DNA of 46,143 nucleotides from an uncultured Acidimicrobiales bacterium. Lineage in GTDB: Bacteria; Actinomycetota; Acidimicrobiia; Acidimicrobiales; UBA10347. The stretch spans positions 1 through 46,143 of the forward strand of contig CALLPT010000157.1 of NCBI GenBank assembly GCA_938015575.1, written 5' to 3'. Of the stretch, positions 28,516 to 37,928 are shown in pieces. The first letter of the stretch is position 1, and each line of letters begins with the position of its first letter. The notes below the pieces were generated by a model that was given only the letters and a program-made list of their open reading frames with translations, did not search any database and had not been told where the DNA came from. The position numbers and the translations under genes were made by a program.

Positions 28516-29733
28516 TTAGGCGTGAGGGTCGGCCAGGTCGTGGTCTTCGGGGGAATAGGTCGTCCAGGCGGTCGGTCCGGCGACGAGCATGCCAACGATC
28601 GCCATCACCAGCACCGTGCCGGCGCCGACCCAATACGCCATCTGCTGTCCCTGCGACTCGTAGACCCATCCGGTGATCGGCGCCATGATGCCGGCCCCCA
28701 GCGCTTGCATGCCGCCCAAGAGTCCTTGCGCGCCGGCCTGGCGGTGCTCGGGGACCGTGAGCCCGACCGCCACGCCACTTGCCGCGAACGTCAGGCCGTC
28801 GGTGATGGCGTGTCCCATCGTGAACGCGAAGATCACCGCGCCAACGGTCAACACGCCATAGATGCCCATGAACATCGAGGCCACGACCAGGCCGATGGCA
28901 GCGATGCGGAACGGTCCTCGGCGCTGTGCAAGCTTCCCCGCGAACGGTCCAAGTAGTACGAGCGGAATCGCGAACAGCGCGATGCCCAAGTTCGCCATCC
29001 ACTCGGGTGTGTCGAGGTCGCTGTGCACGACATCCCAGAGCGCATCGAACGTGCCGATCATCACGAAGGTCGCCGTACCCAGGATCACCGCGCCGGCGAA
29101 CGGCCGGATCCGCAGCAGGTCGAAGGCGAATCGGCTTGGCTCGATTTCCAGGTTCTCGTTCTCTTCGACGTTGGCGAGCACGAGCACTGCCGCGACCGCG
29201 TTCGCCGCCGCGACCACCACGAACGGGCCCGGGATCCCGAGCGGGCCGACGAGCACGGCCGAGATCACGGGGCCAATCGCGAAACCTGCCACGTCGGTCG
29301 AGAAGAGAATGCCCAGGTTCCGACCAACGTTCTCTTTGGACTGCACGACGACGAATCGCTTCAGCGGCGGGATCGCCGCCCCGATCCCGAGCCCCGAGAT
29401 GATGCGACCGAGCAGCAGTACCGATGCCGTCGTGCCGAAGCCGAGCATGATCAGGCCAACGATGTTCGCGGCCGTGCCGCCGACGATCATGACCTTTGCC
29501 CGGCCCTGGTCGCCCAGCGGACCCAGCAAGGTCTGGGAGACAAAGGCGACGAGGAAGCCAACGCCGATGATCAATCCGATCATCGACTCGCTGATCCCGT
29601 ACTCGTCGCGGTAGTCGCCGACCAGCGTGAACAGGGTTCCGTAGCCCGAGGACAACGCCGCCGACATGGCGAAGAGCGACCAATGAACCTGGTCGCCCTT
29701 CTCTGTCGTCGCCTTGACGTCGGTCGCAGTCAC
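28516..29733 (-). CDS. MFS transporter
   Basis: About 12 TM segments with GPLGDQGRAK and GKLAQRRG loop motifs. Confidence 0.85.
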   Translation of the reverse strand: MTATDVKATTEKGDQVHWSLFAMSAALSSGYGTLFTLVGDYRDEYGISESMIGLIIGVGFLVAFVSQTLLGPLGDQGRAKVMIVGGTAANIVGLIMLGFGTTASVLLLGRIISGLGIGAAIPPLKRFVVVQSKENVGRNLGILFSTDVAGFAIGPVISAVLVGPLGIPGPFVVVAAANAVAAVLVLANVEENENLEIEPSRFAFDLLRIRPFAGAVILGTATFVMIGTFDALWDVVHSDLDTPEWMANLGIALFAIPLVLLGPFAGKLAQRRGPFRIAAIGLVVASMFMGIYGVLTVGAVIFAFTMGHAITDGLTFAASGVAVGLTVPEHRQAGAQGLLGGMQALGAGIMAPITGWVYESQGQQMAYWVGAGTVLVMAIVGMLVAGPTAWTTYSPEDHDLADPHA

Positions 29734-29759
29734 CGGGGCAGGCTACGCCCCGCCAGGTG

Positions 29760-32420
29760 CTACGTCGCGATGGTTTCGGGGATCTGTGCTGAACGCCTCC
29801 AAGGGGTGCGCACCTTGTCGCGCAACCACTCGAACGCCAGGTAGTAGTATGGGAACGACACCAGGACCAGCAGCGTGCTCGAGAGCAACCCGAAGATGAT
29901 GGTGAAGCCCAGCGCTTCCCAGAACGGGTCGGAGAGCGCGAGTGGCAACACGCCGGCGACGGTGGTGAGCGTGGTGGCGATGAGCGGCCGGAAGCGGCGG
30001 CGCACGGCTTCGGCGATTGCCTCTTGGCGCGTCGCACCCAGTGCCCGTTCTTGGTTCGCGAAGTCGGTCAGCAGGATCGTGTTGTTGACGGCGATACCGA
30101 TCAGGCCGAGCAGGCCAAGCATCACGAAGAAGCTGATCTGGTTGTCGGTCAGCAACAGGCCGCCGAACACGCCGAAGAAGCTGAAAGGGATCGCCAGGAA
30201 CACGAGCAACCATTGGATCGAGCTGCGGAACTGGATGATCAGCAGCACCAGCATCAAGCCAAGGGCGATCATGAACGCCCGCGGCATCGAACTGAACGAC
30301 TCTTGGTTGTCGCTCTCGAGCCCGAAGTCGAAGCCGAGGGCATCGGCCTCGAGTCCAAGGTCGGCGAGGGCGGCGGCATCGAACTGGTTCTCGATGAATG
30401 CCTGGGTCTCGGCTGTCGTCGTGGTGACGTCGTCGGCGTCGAATCGAGCCTGGACTTCGACATAGCGGCGGCCGTCTTGCCGCGTGATCGAATCGAGCAG
30501 CGTGAGTTGCGTCTCGACGACGTTGAACGTCGTGCCATTCGGGCGCTCGATAGCCGCTCCATCGATCGCGGCGCGGATCGCCTCGGCCCCGTTCAAGAGG
30601 GAGGCATCGTCGTTGCCGAAGAGTTGCATCTGGAATGGGAACAGCAGCTCAGGTGGGCCGGCCGACTGCTGGTTGAAGACGACTCGGGCACCGTCGACCC
30701 CGTCGGCGATGGGCTGAAGAACGTCTTCGACGATGATCGGCGCTCGATCGCGCCCGCCCATGGCGACCAGTTCGAACTGGGCGCTCGCGCCCCGGCTGTT
30801 ACCGAGGAAGGTGTAGACCCGCTCGAGGTCGTCGCCGAGCGCATCGGCGGCTGCTTGGTTGGTGGCCCGGGCGATGGCTTCGGCCTGCTCCGTGGTGGTG
30901 CCGGGGTCGAACGTGTACTCGACGGCCACGAAGTTCGAGTCCTTCTGTGGCGGGAAGATGTTGAAGCCGACGTTTGGCGCGAAGACGAACAGCCCGATGC
31001 CGGTAAGCAGGATGCTGAACAGGAATCCGCCGATGCCGATGGCCATGCCCTTGGCGCCTTGGACCAGCGGCAGCGAGGCCGCGGCGTTCGCCATGCGGTC
31101 CTGGAGCCGGGCGATCGGGCCGGCGGCCGGGGGAGCGGGAAGCACGAGGTAGCGCGCCGCCAGCGGGATGATGATCAGCGAGAGCAGCAGTGAGACCGTC
31201 AGGGCGATGATCACCGAGATCGGCAGGATCTTGATGAAGTCGCCGAGCACGCCGCTTATGGCCAGCATCGGGGCGAACACGAGGAGCGTGGTGATGGTCC
31301 CGGAGACCGAGGCCGCACCCACCCGTTTGATGGCGTGACCGATGATTTCGATCGCGTCGTCGCCGTCTCGGAACGCGTCGATCGCTTCGGTGATGACGAT
31401 CGAGTCGTCGACGAAGAGGCCGAGCGCCAGAATCACGCCGAACAGTGAGATCGTCGACAGGCTGATGCCGACGATCCAGAGCACGCCCATCGTCACCGCG
31501 ATGACGGTGACCAAGAAGACGGCGGTAATGATCGAGGCGCGCCACGAGATGAGCAGCAGGGCAATGAGTGCGACGGCGATCACGCCGGTCAACACGTTGG
31601 ACTGCAGCGAGCTGATCTGCTGGCGGATCTGGGTCGCCTGGTCGATCGCGACGACGGCATCGAATCCGCTCGCCAGCGCGTCTGCATCGTCGATGTCGTC
31701 GAGGACCGAATCGGTCGCGTCTCTGATGCCGAGTGAGTCGATGCCGTCGGCGGACACCAGGCCGATGGCGATGCTGGGCACGAGCTGAGCTTCGGCCCCG
31801 GTGCCGACGCTCAGCTGGTTGAACCGGGCGACCCGCTCGACCTGTTCGCCGGTGGCGGGGTTCACGCCACGGTCGCTCAGGTCGAGAACTTCGACCCGAG
31901 CAATGTCACCGTTTGCCTCGAAGAACGGCACGAGTGCTTCGGCAGCGACCTGCAGGTCGCCAGGTGTAGCGGAGCCGTCGGCGTGCACACCAACGAGCAA
32001 GTCGAACTCGTTGAGGAACCGCGCTGCGTCGACGGGCTCGGCGGAGAAGTCGACTTCGTCGGGAATGGCGGCCCGCTCGACCGCGTCCGCGATAAGGGAC
32101 GCGCCTTGGGCCGAGGTCACCGTCTCTTCGAACTCACCGATGATTGTGAAGACGCTCTGGCGCGAAACGGTGGTGACCGTCGTGACGCGGTCATCGCGAA
32201 GCAGGTCTTCGGCGATGGGGGTGACGAGTGCGTCGACCTGGTCTTCGTCGTCGACGAACCAGACGCCGTTGCCGAGGGCAACGGGGATGTCGACCGGCGG
32301 GAACCCCTCGCGTGGAAGCAGCGAGAGGTACGAGACCGCGCCGAAGATGAACAGCCCGACCCACAGGATCAGGGTGACCGCGGAACGGCGGGCAAAGAAC
32401 TGGACGAACCTACTGAGCAT
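29760..32420 (-). CDS. RND superfamily (AcrB/AcrD/AcrF-like) permease, short form (886 aa)
   Basis: LPREGFPPVDIP, ILALGLFVDDSIV, TITTLLVFAP, LIGIAVNNTILL, RFRPLIATTLTTVAGVLPL. Confidence 0.88.
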   Translation of the reverse strand: MLSRFVQFFARRSAVTLILWVGLFIFGAVSYLSLLPREGFPPVDIPVALGNGVWFVDDEDQVDALVTPIAEDLLRDDRVTTVTTVSRQSVFTIIGEFEETVTSAQGASLIADAVERAAIPDEVDFSAEPVDAARFLNEFDLLVGVHADGSATPGDLQVAAEALVPFFEANGDIARVEVLDLSDRGVNPATGEQVERVARFNQLSVGTGAEAQLVPSIAIGLVSADGIDSLGIRDATDSVLDDIDDADALASGFDAVVAIDQATQIRQQISSLQSNVLTGVIAVALIALLLISWRASIITAVFLVTVIAVTMGVLWIVGISLSTISLFGVILALGLFVDDSIVITEAIDAFRDGDDAIEIIGHAIKRVGAASVSGTITTLLVFAPMLAISGVLGDFIKILPISVIIALTVSLLLSLIIIPLAARYLVLPAPPAAGPIARLQDRMANAAASLPLVQGAKGMAIGIGGFLFSILLTGIGLFVFAPNVGFNIFPPQKDSNFVAVEYTFDPGTTTEQAEAIARATNQAAADALGDDLERVYTFLGNSRGASAQFELVAMGGRDRAPIIVEDVLQPIADGVDGARVVFNQQSAGPPELLFPFQMQLFGNDDASLLNGAEAIRAAIDGAAIERPNGTTFNVVETQLTLLDSITRQDGRRYVEVQARFDADDVTTTTAETQAFIENQFDAAALADLGLEADALGFDFGLESDNQESFSSMPRAFMIALGLMLVLLIIQFRSSIQWLLVFLAIPFSFFGVFGGLLLTDNQISFFVMLGLLGLIGIAVNNTILLTDFANQERALGATRQEAIAEAVRRRFRPLIATTLTTVAGVLPLALSDPFWEALGFTIIFGLLSSTLLVLVSFPYYYLAFEWLRDKVRTPWRRSAQIPETIAT

Positions 32421-32566
32421 CGGGAACTCCGTGGCAATTCGCGCCCGCCCAGAGAGCGGAGCGCGGCGATGGGGGGTGTCGCCGACGGTAGTCAGAGACC
32501 TCCCGTCGTGCGTGACTGAAGACGGGTGGTGTGACGGATGCCCAGTTCGTCTGCCACCATGGCAAC

Positions 32567-33190
32567 GTGCTGTTGTTCTTTGGGTGGCGCCCGCGCTCCA
32601 CGACCGTCGACACCGGGATCTTCCACTGTCCTCGTGAAGGCGGCGATCGCGGCTACGAACTCAAGTCGTCGCGCCGCTGGTTCACGCTGTTCTTCATCCC
32701 GGTGATCCCGCTCAACGAGCTGGGCGACTTCGTCGAATGTGCGAGCTGCAAGTCGACCTTCTATCCGTCGGTGCTCGACGAACGCACCACGGGTCAGATC
32801 CAAGACATCACCACGATCGCGATTCGCCACGTCGCCATAGCGATGCTGCATGCCGACGGCGCGGTCGATCAGCGGGAGCGCGAAGCGGCTCTGACGGTGG
32901 TGCAGCGGTTCGCGTCGACGCCGTATGGTCATGCCGATCTCGAGGCCGACCTGGCTGAGCTGTCCGCCGCAGATCTCACCGATCACCTCGAAGAGCTTGG
33001 ATCGATCCTGAGCCCGGACGGGCGAGAGAACGTCTTGACGAGCGCGGTGTATCTCGCTGGATCCGATGGCCACGTCGACCCGCAAGAGATGGAAGTCGCT
33101 CGTCGCGTCGGCCGCGCCCTCACCATGAGCAGCGCCCACATCGAAGGCACCGTTCAACAAGAGCTCGCCCGCCTCGGCCTCTCCAACTAA
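32567..33190 (+). CDS. Zinc-ribbon + TerB-like domain protein
   Basis: FFGW..., FHCPREG...RRWFTLFFIPVIPL...ECASC, then two TerB-like repeats (ADGAVDQRE, SDGHVDPQE). Start GTG 32567 or 32531. Confidence 0.82.
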   Translation: MLLFFGWRPRSTTVDTGIFHCPREGGDRGYELKSSRRWFTLFFIPVIPLNELGDFVECASCKSTFYPSVLDERTTGQIQDITTIAIRHVAIAMLHADGAVDQREREAALTVVQRFASTPYGHADLEADLAELSAADLTDHLEELGSILSPDGRENVLTSAVYLAGSDGHVDPQEMEVARRVGRALTMSSAHIEGTVQQELARLGLSN

Positions 33191-33214
33191 CCCCACCCCG
33201 CCGAGCCGGACGCC

Positions 33215-33268
33215 GGGGTCGGACCTCAAACGTTCCACCCTGGCCGCGACTGCGGTCTGACACCGCAG
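33215..33268. repeat. Short REP-like palindromes (GGGGTCGGACCTC; CTGCGGTCTGACACCGCAG)
   Basis: Two intergenic stem-loops sharing a GGTC(T/G)GAC core. A related palindrome GGTGTCAGACACC lies at 34453-34465. Confidence 0.45.
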
Positions 33269-33319
33269 CTGGCAAACCCCTTCGCCGCTTCGGGCCAGCT
33301 CGATCACTACGGTTGCGCC

Positions 33320-34438
33320 ATGAGGATTGAACCGTTCGGCGTCGAGATGTGGATGAACGAGTTCGAGAACCACTGCGAGTACAACCTCGCCGAGACATGT
33401 GTGGCCTCGCTCACGGTGAACGAGCTCCTCGAGATGACCGGCGTCGGTGCCGAGGCCTTCGCTGACATCGCGGAGATGAAGCTCACCTACGGCGCCATCG
33501 AAGGCTCGCCCCGCCTGCGGTCGGCGATTGCCGCGCTGTACGACACGGTCGACCCAGCGAATGTCATCGTCACCCACGGTGCGATCGGCGCCAACAAGCT
33601 GGTGCACGAGACGATCGTCGAGCCGGGCGACCGAGTGATCTCGGTCCAACCGACCTACCAACAGCACTATTCGATCCCGGCCAGCTACGGCGCCGATGTG
33701 AAGATCCTGCAGCTGCGAGCCGAGAACGAGTTCCTGCCCGACCTCGCCGAGCTGCGTGCGCTCGTCACGGCGAACACCTCGCTCGTCGCGATCAACAATC
33801 CGAACAACCCGACCGGTTCACTCATGGACGGCGAGATGCTTGGTGAGATCGGTGAGATCGCCGCCAGCGTCGACGCCCGAGTCCTCTGCGACGAGGTGTA
33901 TCGCGGCATGAACCAGGAGGGCGACGGCACCGGCCCGTCGGTCGCCGACCTCATCCCCGGTGCGATCAGCACGGGCAGCATGTCCAAGGCGTTCTCGCTC
34001 GCCGGGCTGCGACTCGGCTGGATCGCCGCCCCGCCCGATCTCATCGAGGCGATCTTCTTCCACCGTGACTACAGCACCATCAGCGTTGGGATGATCGATG
34101 ACTATCTCGCAGCGATCGCGCTCGAGCACGCATCGACGATCCTTGAACGCAGTCGGTCGATCACCCGCGCCAACCTCGCCGTGCTCAGCGACTGGGTCGA
34201 TGCCGAGCCGCTCATCTCTTGGGTGAAGCCAAAGGCCGGCACGACGGCACTGCTGCGCTACGACGTCGATCTGGCGTCACGTGACTTCTGTGTGCGCTTG
34301 CTCGAGGAGACCGGGGTGATGTTCACGCCCGGAAGCGCCCTGGCGGTCGAGGGTCATGTCCGCGTCGGCTACGCGAACACTGGCAACGTCCTCGCCCAAG
34401 GCCTGCCCAAAGTCTCGGACTTCCTTCGCCAGTTCTGA
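33320..34438 (+). CDS. PLP-dependent class I/II aminotransferase
   Basis: FGVEMWMNEFE, NLAETCV, NNPNNPTG, DEVYRG, SMSKAFSLAGLRLGW, RDYSTIS. Confidence 0.9.
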   Translation: MRIEPFGVEMWMNEFENHCEYNLAETCVASLTVNELLEMTGVGAEAFADIAEMKLTYGAIEGSPRLRSAIAALYDTVDPANVIVTHGAIGANKLVHETIVEPGDRVISVQPTYQQHYSIPASYGADVKILQLRAENEFLPDLAELRALVTANTSLVAINNPNNPTGSLMDGEMLGEIGEIAASVDARVLCDEVYRGMNQEGDGTGPSVADLIPGAISTGSMSKAFSLAGLRLGWIAAPPDLIEAIFFHRDYSTISVGMIDDYLAAIALEHASTILERSRSITRANLAVLSDWVDAEPLISWVKPKAGTTALLRYDVDLASRDFCVRLLEETGVMFTPGSALAVEGHVRVGYANTGNVLAQGLPKVSDFLRQF

Positions 34439-34452
34439 TCCACGGCGCAACA

Positions 34453-34465
34453 GGTGTCAGACACC
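34453..34465. repeat. Palindrome GGTGTCAGACACC between convergent genes (REP-like)
   Basis: Perfect 6-bp arms around one central base. Related to the element at 33250-33268. Confidence 0.45.
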
Positions 34466-34479
34466 GTTACGGTCCGCGG

Positions 34480-34968
34480 CTACAAGGGTTTTTGGAAGAA
34501 GCGGACGGTGTAGCCGGGCTCGTGTTCGACGTCTTCGATGCCGGACCAACCACTGGCTTCGTGGAACGCGACCGACTGCGGGTTCGGCGGTTCAACGTTG
34601 ACCTCGCACGTGAGCCGATCCCAACCCTGGGCCCGAGCGTGGTCGGCGAACCTCTCGTAGAGCTTGCCGGCGATGCCCATGCGTCGATGGGTCGGCGCGG
34701 CGATGATGCGGTCAACGTAGCCGAAGTTGTCGTAGCGCTCGTTGAGCCAGCCGTAGTTGCGCGATGTGTACGCCGCGCCTGGCGCCATGGTCACGAGCAA
34801 ACCGCCGATACCGCCGTGTTCGTCGACGGCGACCCAGGCCTTCTCACACCACTCGATGAGCTGGGCGAACGAGGCCGCGTCGTGCGGGTTCACCGCCGGC
34901 ACGGCAGCATTGTTGAGCTCGATCAGGGCCTGGTGGTCTGCAGGCTCGACTTCACGGATCTCGATCAT
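34480..34968 (-). CDS. GNAT family N-acetyltransferase
   Basis: LNNAAVPAV, YVDRI...RRMGIAGKLY, TCEVNVEPPN..S..FH..G. Confidence 0.88.
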   Translation of the reverse strand: MIEIREVEPADHQALIELNNAAVPAVNPHDAASFAQLIEWCEKAWVAVDEHGGIGGLLVTMAPGAAYTSRNYGWLNERYDNFGYVDRIIAAPTHRRMGIAGKLYERFADHARAQGWDRLTCEVNVEPPNPQSVAFHEASGWSGIEDVEHEPGYTVRFFQKPL

Positions 34969-35004
34969 GGCCGCAGCCTAGGAGGATGACTCGACGAGGT
35001 CGCC

Positions 35005-35916
35005 CTAAACCAGGTCACGCAGCTTCTTCTTGTCGACCGAGTGTTGCCAGTCGGCCAGGATCGCCCGCACGGCCGCGATCAGCGCAAGCGGTTGATCAAG
35101 CGGCACGTGGTGGTACGCCTGCGGGATCTCGACCATCGGAACGGCGCGCCCGGTGAGCTTCTCCATGTGCTCTTGGACCTCGGGCGTCACCAGGTCGCTG
35201 AGCTGGCCGTGCATCAACGCCATGCGGCACGTGACGTGCTCGATGTAGTTCTGATCGCTGTCCCGATAGCGCTCGGGAGAAAAGACATTGCGGTCGAACT
35301 TCCAGGTCCACCCGTCGGCGGTTTCCTTGAGCGAGTTGCGAGCGATGTGTTCGACGATGAAGGTGTTCTCACACGGCTGCGGCGGCATGAGGAAGAAATG
35401 CTCCATTGCCGTCTCGAGGTCCGGATAGACCTTGGGGTTCTTGAACATGCGGCCCCGTTGACCTTCCTCGGACTCGGGGTCGGGAGCTCGCACTGGTGAG
35501 TCGAGCACGATTGCGCCGGCCAGATTGTGGCCATGACGTGCGGCCATCGCGAGCGCCACGTGGCCGCCCATCGAGTGGCCGACGACGATCGGTTGAGGTT
35601 GGCTGTTCGCGGCCGCGGCCACGGCCATGACCTCGTCGGACCATTGCTCCATCGAGTAGCTGTCGCGATGTGCGCTATCGCCGTGGCCCGACAGGTCGGG
35701 GGCAATGACGAAGTACTTCTGGGTGAACTGGGGCGCGATGAACGACCACCACTGGGCATGCGCCGCGCCGCCGTGCAGCAGGATGAGACACGGCTTGTCG
35801 ACCTCGCCCCAGGTCAGATAACTGATCGTTGCGCTTTCGAAGTCGACCGTGCTCGTCGTCGGGCGATTGGCAATGGCTCCGGTGAACCAGGTCGGCGGTC
35901 GCGTCACAGAGGTCAC
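35005..35916 (-). CDS. Alpha/beta fold hydrolase
   Basis: LLHGGAAHAQWW, DLSGHGDS, GHSMGG nucleophile elbow, AYHHVPLDQP. Start GTG 35916 (or 35907). Confidence 0.88.
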   Translation of the reverse strand: MTSVTRPPTWFTGAIANRPTTSTVDFESATISYLTWGEVDKPCLILLHGGAAHAQWWSFIAPQFTQKYFVIAPDLSGHGDSAHRDSYSMEQWSDEVMAVAAAANSQPQPIVVGHSMGGHVALAMAARHGHNLAGAIVLDSPVRAPDPESEEGQRGRMFKNPKVYPDLETAMEHFFLMPPQPCENTFIVEHIARNSLKETADGWTWKFDRNVFSPERYRDSDQNYIEHVTCRMALMHGQLSDLVTPEVQEHMEKLTGRAVPMVEIPQAYHHVPLDQPLALIAAVRAILADWQHSVDKKKLRDLV

Positions 35917-35920
35917 GCTA

Positions 35921-35990
35921 GGCGAGTAGTCCGCCTTTGCTCGCAAGCTCGCAAACGCTGCTCGTGGTGAAGGCTCTGCGGTCCTCCCAG
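35921..35990 (-). repeat. Dispersed ~65-70 bp REP-like element, copy A
   Basis: Its reverse complement shares collinear blocks GGACCGCAGAGC, GCAGCGTT, AGCTTGCG, AGCAAAGGCG and TACTC with 37946-38010. Confidence 0.75.
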
Positions 35991-36033
35991 AAAGGCTCAC
36001 CGCCCGCTTGCTGAGCAGGCGAAAACGACGGAA

Positions 36034-36069
36034 GCCCCGGCCGATCCGGCGGAACGGATCGACCGGGGC
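36034..36069 (-). terminator. Intrinsic terminator of the gcvT-etfB-etfA operon
   Basis: 15-bp stem GCCCCGGTCGATCCG / CGGATCGGCCGGGGC with a 6-nt loop, followed by TTCCGTCGTTTT on the minus strand, about 20 nt after the etfA stop. Confidence 0.75.
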
Positions 36070-36088
36070 GTCTCGACGCAGCGGAGAC

Positions 36089-37072
36089 TCAGAGACCCTT
36101 GCGCTTCTTGATCTCGGCGGTGATGGCGGGGACGACCTTGTGCAGGTCGGCGATGACCGCATAATCGGCCTTGACGACCATGTTCGCTTCGCGGTCGGTG
36201 TTGATCGCCAGGATTCGCTTCGACGCCATCGCGCCCACCCAGTGCTGGATGGCACCGCTGATGCCGGTCGCGATGTAGATCTCCGGAGCGATCCGGGTAC
36301 CGGTCTGGCCGACCTGGTCCGTGTGGTTGCGCCAACCGAGGTTGGTCACCGCACGGCTGCAGCCGACGCGTCCACCGAGGAGCCCCGCCAGCTCTTCGAG
36401 CTGCTCGAAACCCTCGGCCGAACCGACGCCACGACCGCCGGACACGACCACCGGAGCGGTCGACAACGTCACGCCAGCTTCCTGCACGTCGCGTCCCTTA
36501 ACGATCGTGCGGGCGAGCGACTCGTCGAGGTTCGGTGAGAAGTCCTGCACGGTGCCCGCTCCGGGAGCGGGCGCTGGTTCGGCGACGACGGCATGGTGGC
36601 CGAAGCTGACGAGCTTCGGACCGTCACCGCTGTCGAGCGTCGCATCTTCGAGCAGCGAGCCGCCCCACTGGATGCGGGTCATCGACCACATGCCATCGCC
36701 TGGCGTGATGGTCGTGCAGTTGGCGACGAAGGGCAGATCCATGCGCGCCGCGACGTGGGCCATGACCTCGTTGCCTCGGCTGGTACCGACGGCCATCACG
36801 GCCGCGGGCGACTCGGCTGCGACGAGCTGGACAACCGATTCGCCGAAGGCCTCGGGGCCGAAGTCGGTCAGCATCGGTGCCGTCACATTGTGGACGACAG
36901 CGGCGCCGCCGGCAGCAGCCTGGCCGGCCAGGTCGAGGCCTCCATCGCCGATGAGGACGGCATGGACGTCGGTGCCCATGTCACCGGCCAGCAAGCGGGC
37001 GGCGGTCAGGGCTTCGTCGTTGGCTTCAGACCACTTGCCGCGGTCGTGTTCGAGAATTACCAGCAGTGTCAC
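36089..37072 (-). CDS. etfA: Electron transfer flavoprotein alpha subunit
   Basis: VVVSGGRGVG, GCSRAV, QVGQTG..IAP.IYIA.GISGAIQH..G, AINTD.EA, ADYAVIADL. Confidence 0.93.
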   Translation of the reverse strand: MTLLVILEHDRGKWSEANDEALTAARLLAGDMGTDVHAVLIGDGGLDLAGQAAAGGAAVVHNVTAPMLTDFGPEAFGESVVQLVAAESPAAVMAVGTSRGNEVMAHVAARMDLPFVANCTTITPGDGMWSMTRIQWGGSLLEDATLDSGDGPKLVSFGHHAVVAEPAPAPGAGTVQDFSPNLDESLARTIVKGRDVQEAGVTLSTAPVVVSGGRGVGSAEGFEQLEELAGLLGGRVGCSRAVTNLGWRNHTDQVGQTGTRIAPEIYIATGISGAIQHWVGAMASKRILAINTDREANMVVKADYAVIADLHKVVPAITAEIKKRKGL

Positions 37073-37157
37073 GATGCTTCTCCAGCGAGCGAGGGACGAG
37101 CGAGTAGGCCAGGGTGTCCGCAGAGCAGCCCGAGCGAAGCGAAGTTGCGATTGCGAA

Positions 37158-37928
37158 TCAACTCAGCACTCCGATTTCTTCCAAGAGGTCCACGATTGCC
37201 ACGGCGGCCGACTCGTCGGTGCCGAGGATCTCGGTGTTGCTCTCCTGTTCCGGCGGACGGTGCAACGTGACGAGACCTTGGCCACCGGCAGCGGCATCGA
37301 TCTCGGCAGTGTTCATCTCGGCCTTCTTCGAGGCGAGGCGTCCCTTCATCGTCGGGTACCGAGGCAGGTTGATGCCCTCGAGAATCCCAAGCACCGCGGG
37401 CGTTGGCACCTCGTACACCTCGAACCCGCCGTCGATGGCACGGTTCGCCGTGACGGAACCGTCACCGGGCACGACGCCCTTGATGCCGTTGACGATCGGG
37501 CGACCAAGCTTGTGCGCGACCCGCACCCCGACCTGGAAGCCGCCGCTGTCCGCAGACTCGTTGCCCATGAACACGAGGTCGAACGGCACACCGTTCGCTT
37601 CCTCGGCCTGCTGGATCGCCTCGGTCAGCGCCGTGGCCGTGCGCTGGGGATCCCAGGCACTGCCGTCGGTTGGCACGAGGATGATCTTGTGGGCGCCGAC
37701 GCTTGCTGCGTAACGCAGCTGCTCTTCGGCTTCGACCGGGCCGAGCGTGAGCACGGTGACTTCGCCACCGTCGCGTTCGCTGATCTGGACGGCTTCTTCG
37801 AGCGCGCACTCTTCGTGCGGGCTGGTCGTGAAGCCGAGGTGGGCGGCGTCGACGGCCTGCCCGTCCTCGGTCACGTTGATCTTGGCTCCCGGTGCCGGGA
37901 CCCGTTTCACACAAACAAGAATTTTCAT
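37158..37928 (-). CDS. etfB: Electron transfer flavoprotein beta subunit (in frame with the upstream GcvT-family gene)
   Basis: MKILVCVKRVP, CALEEA, LTLGP, DLVFMGNESADSG, INLPRYP. Has its own ATG with a purine-rich GAAAGA 6 nt upstream. Confidence 0.9.
   Translation of the reverse strand: MKILVCVKRVPAPGAKINVTEDGQAVDAAHLGFTTSPHEECALEEAVQISERDGGEVTVLTLGPVEAEEQLRYAASVGAHKIILVPTDGSAWDPQRTATALTEAIQQAEEANGVPFDLVFMGNESADSGGFQVGVRVAHKLGRPIVNGIKGVVPGDGSVTANRAIDGGFEVYEVPTPAVLGILEGINLPRYPTMKGRLASKKAEMNTAEIDAAAGGQGLVTLHRPPEQESNTEILGTDESAAVAIVDLLEEIGVLS

Noticed and set aside
32567-33190. Tellurite-resistance (ter) or anti-phage locus
   Set aside because: A single zinc-ribbon/TerB gene with no other ter genes; this stand-alone architecture is common.
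33320-34438. Capreomycidine synthase (VioD-like) or a natural-product biosynthetic cluster
   Set aside because: No NRPS/PKS or tailoring cluster nearby; the sequence fits a general class I/II aminotransferase.
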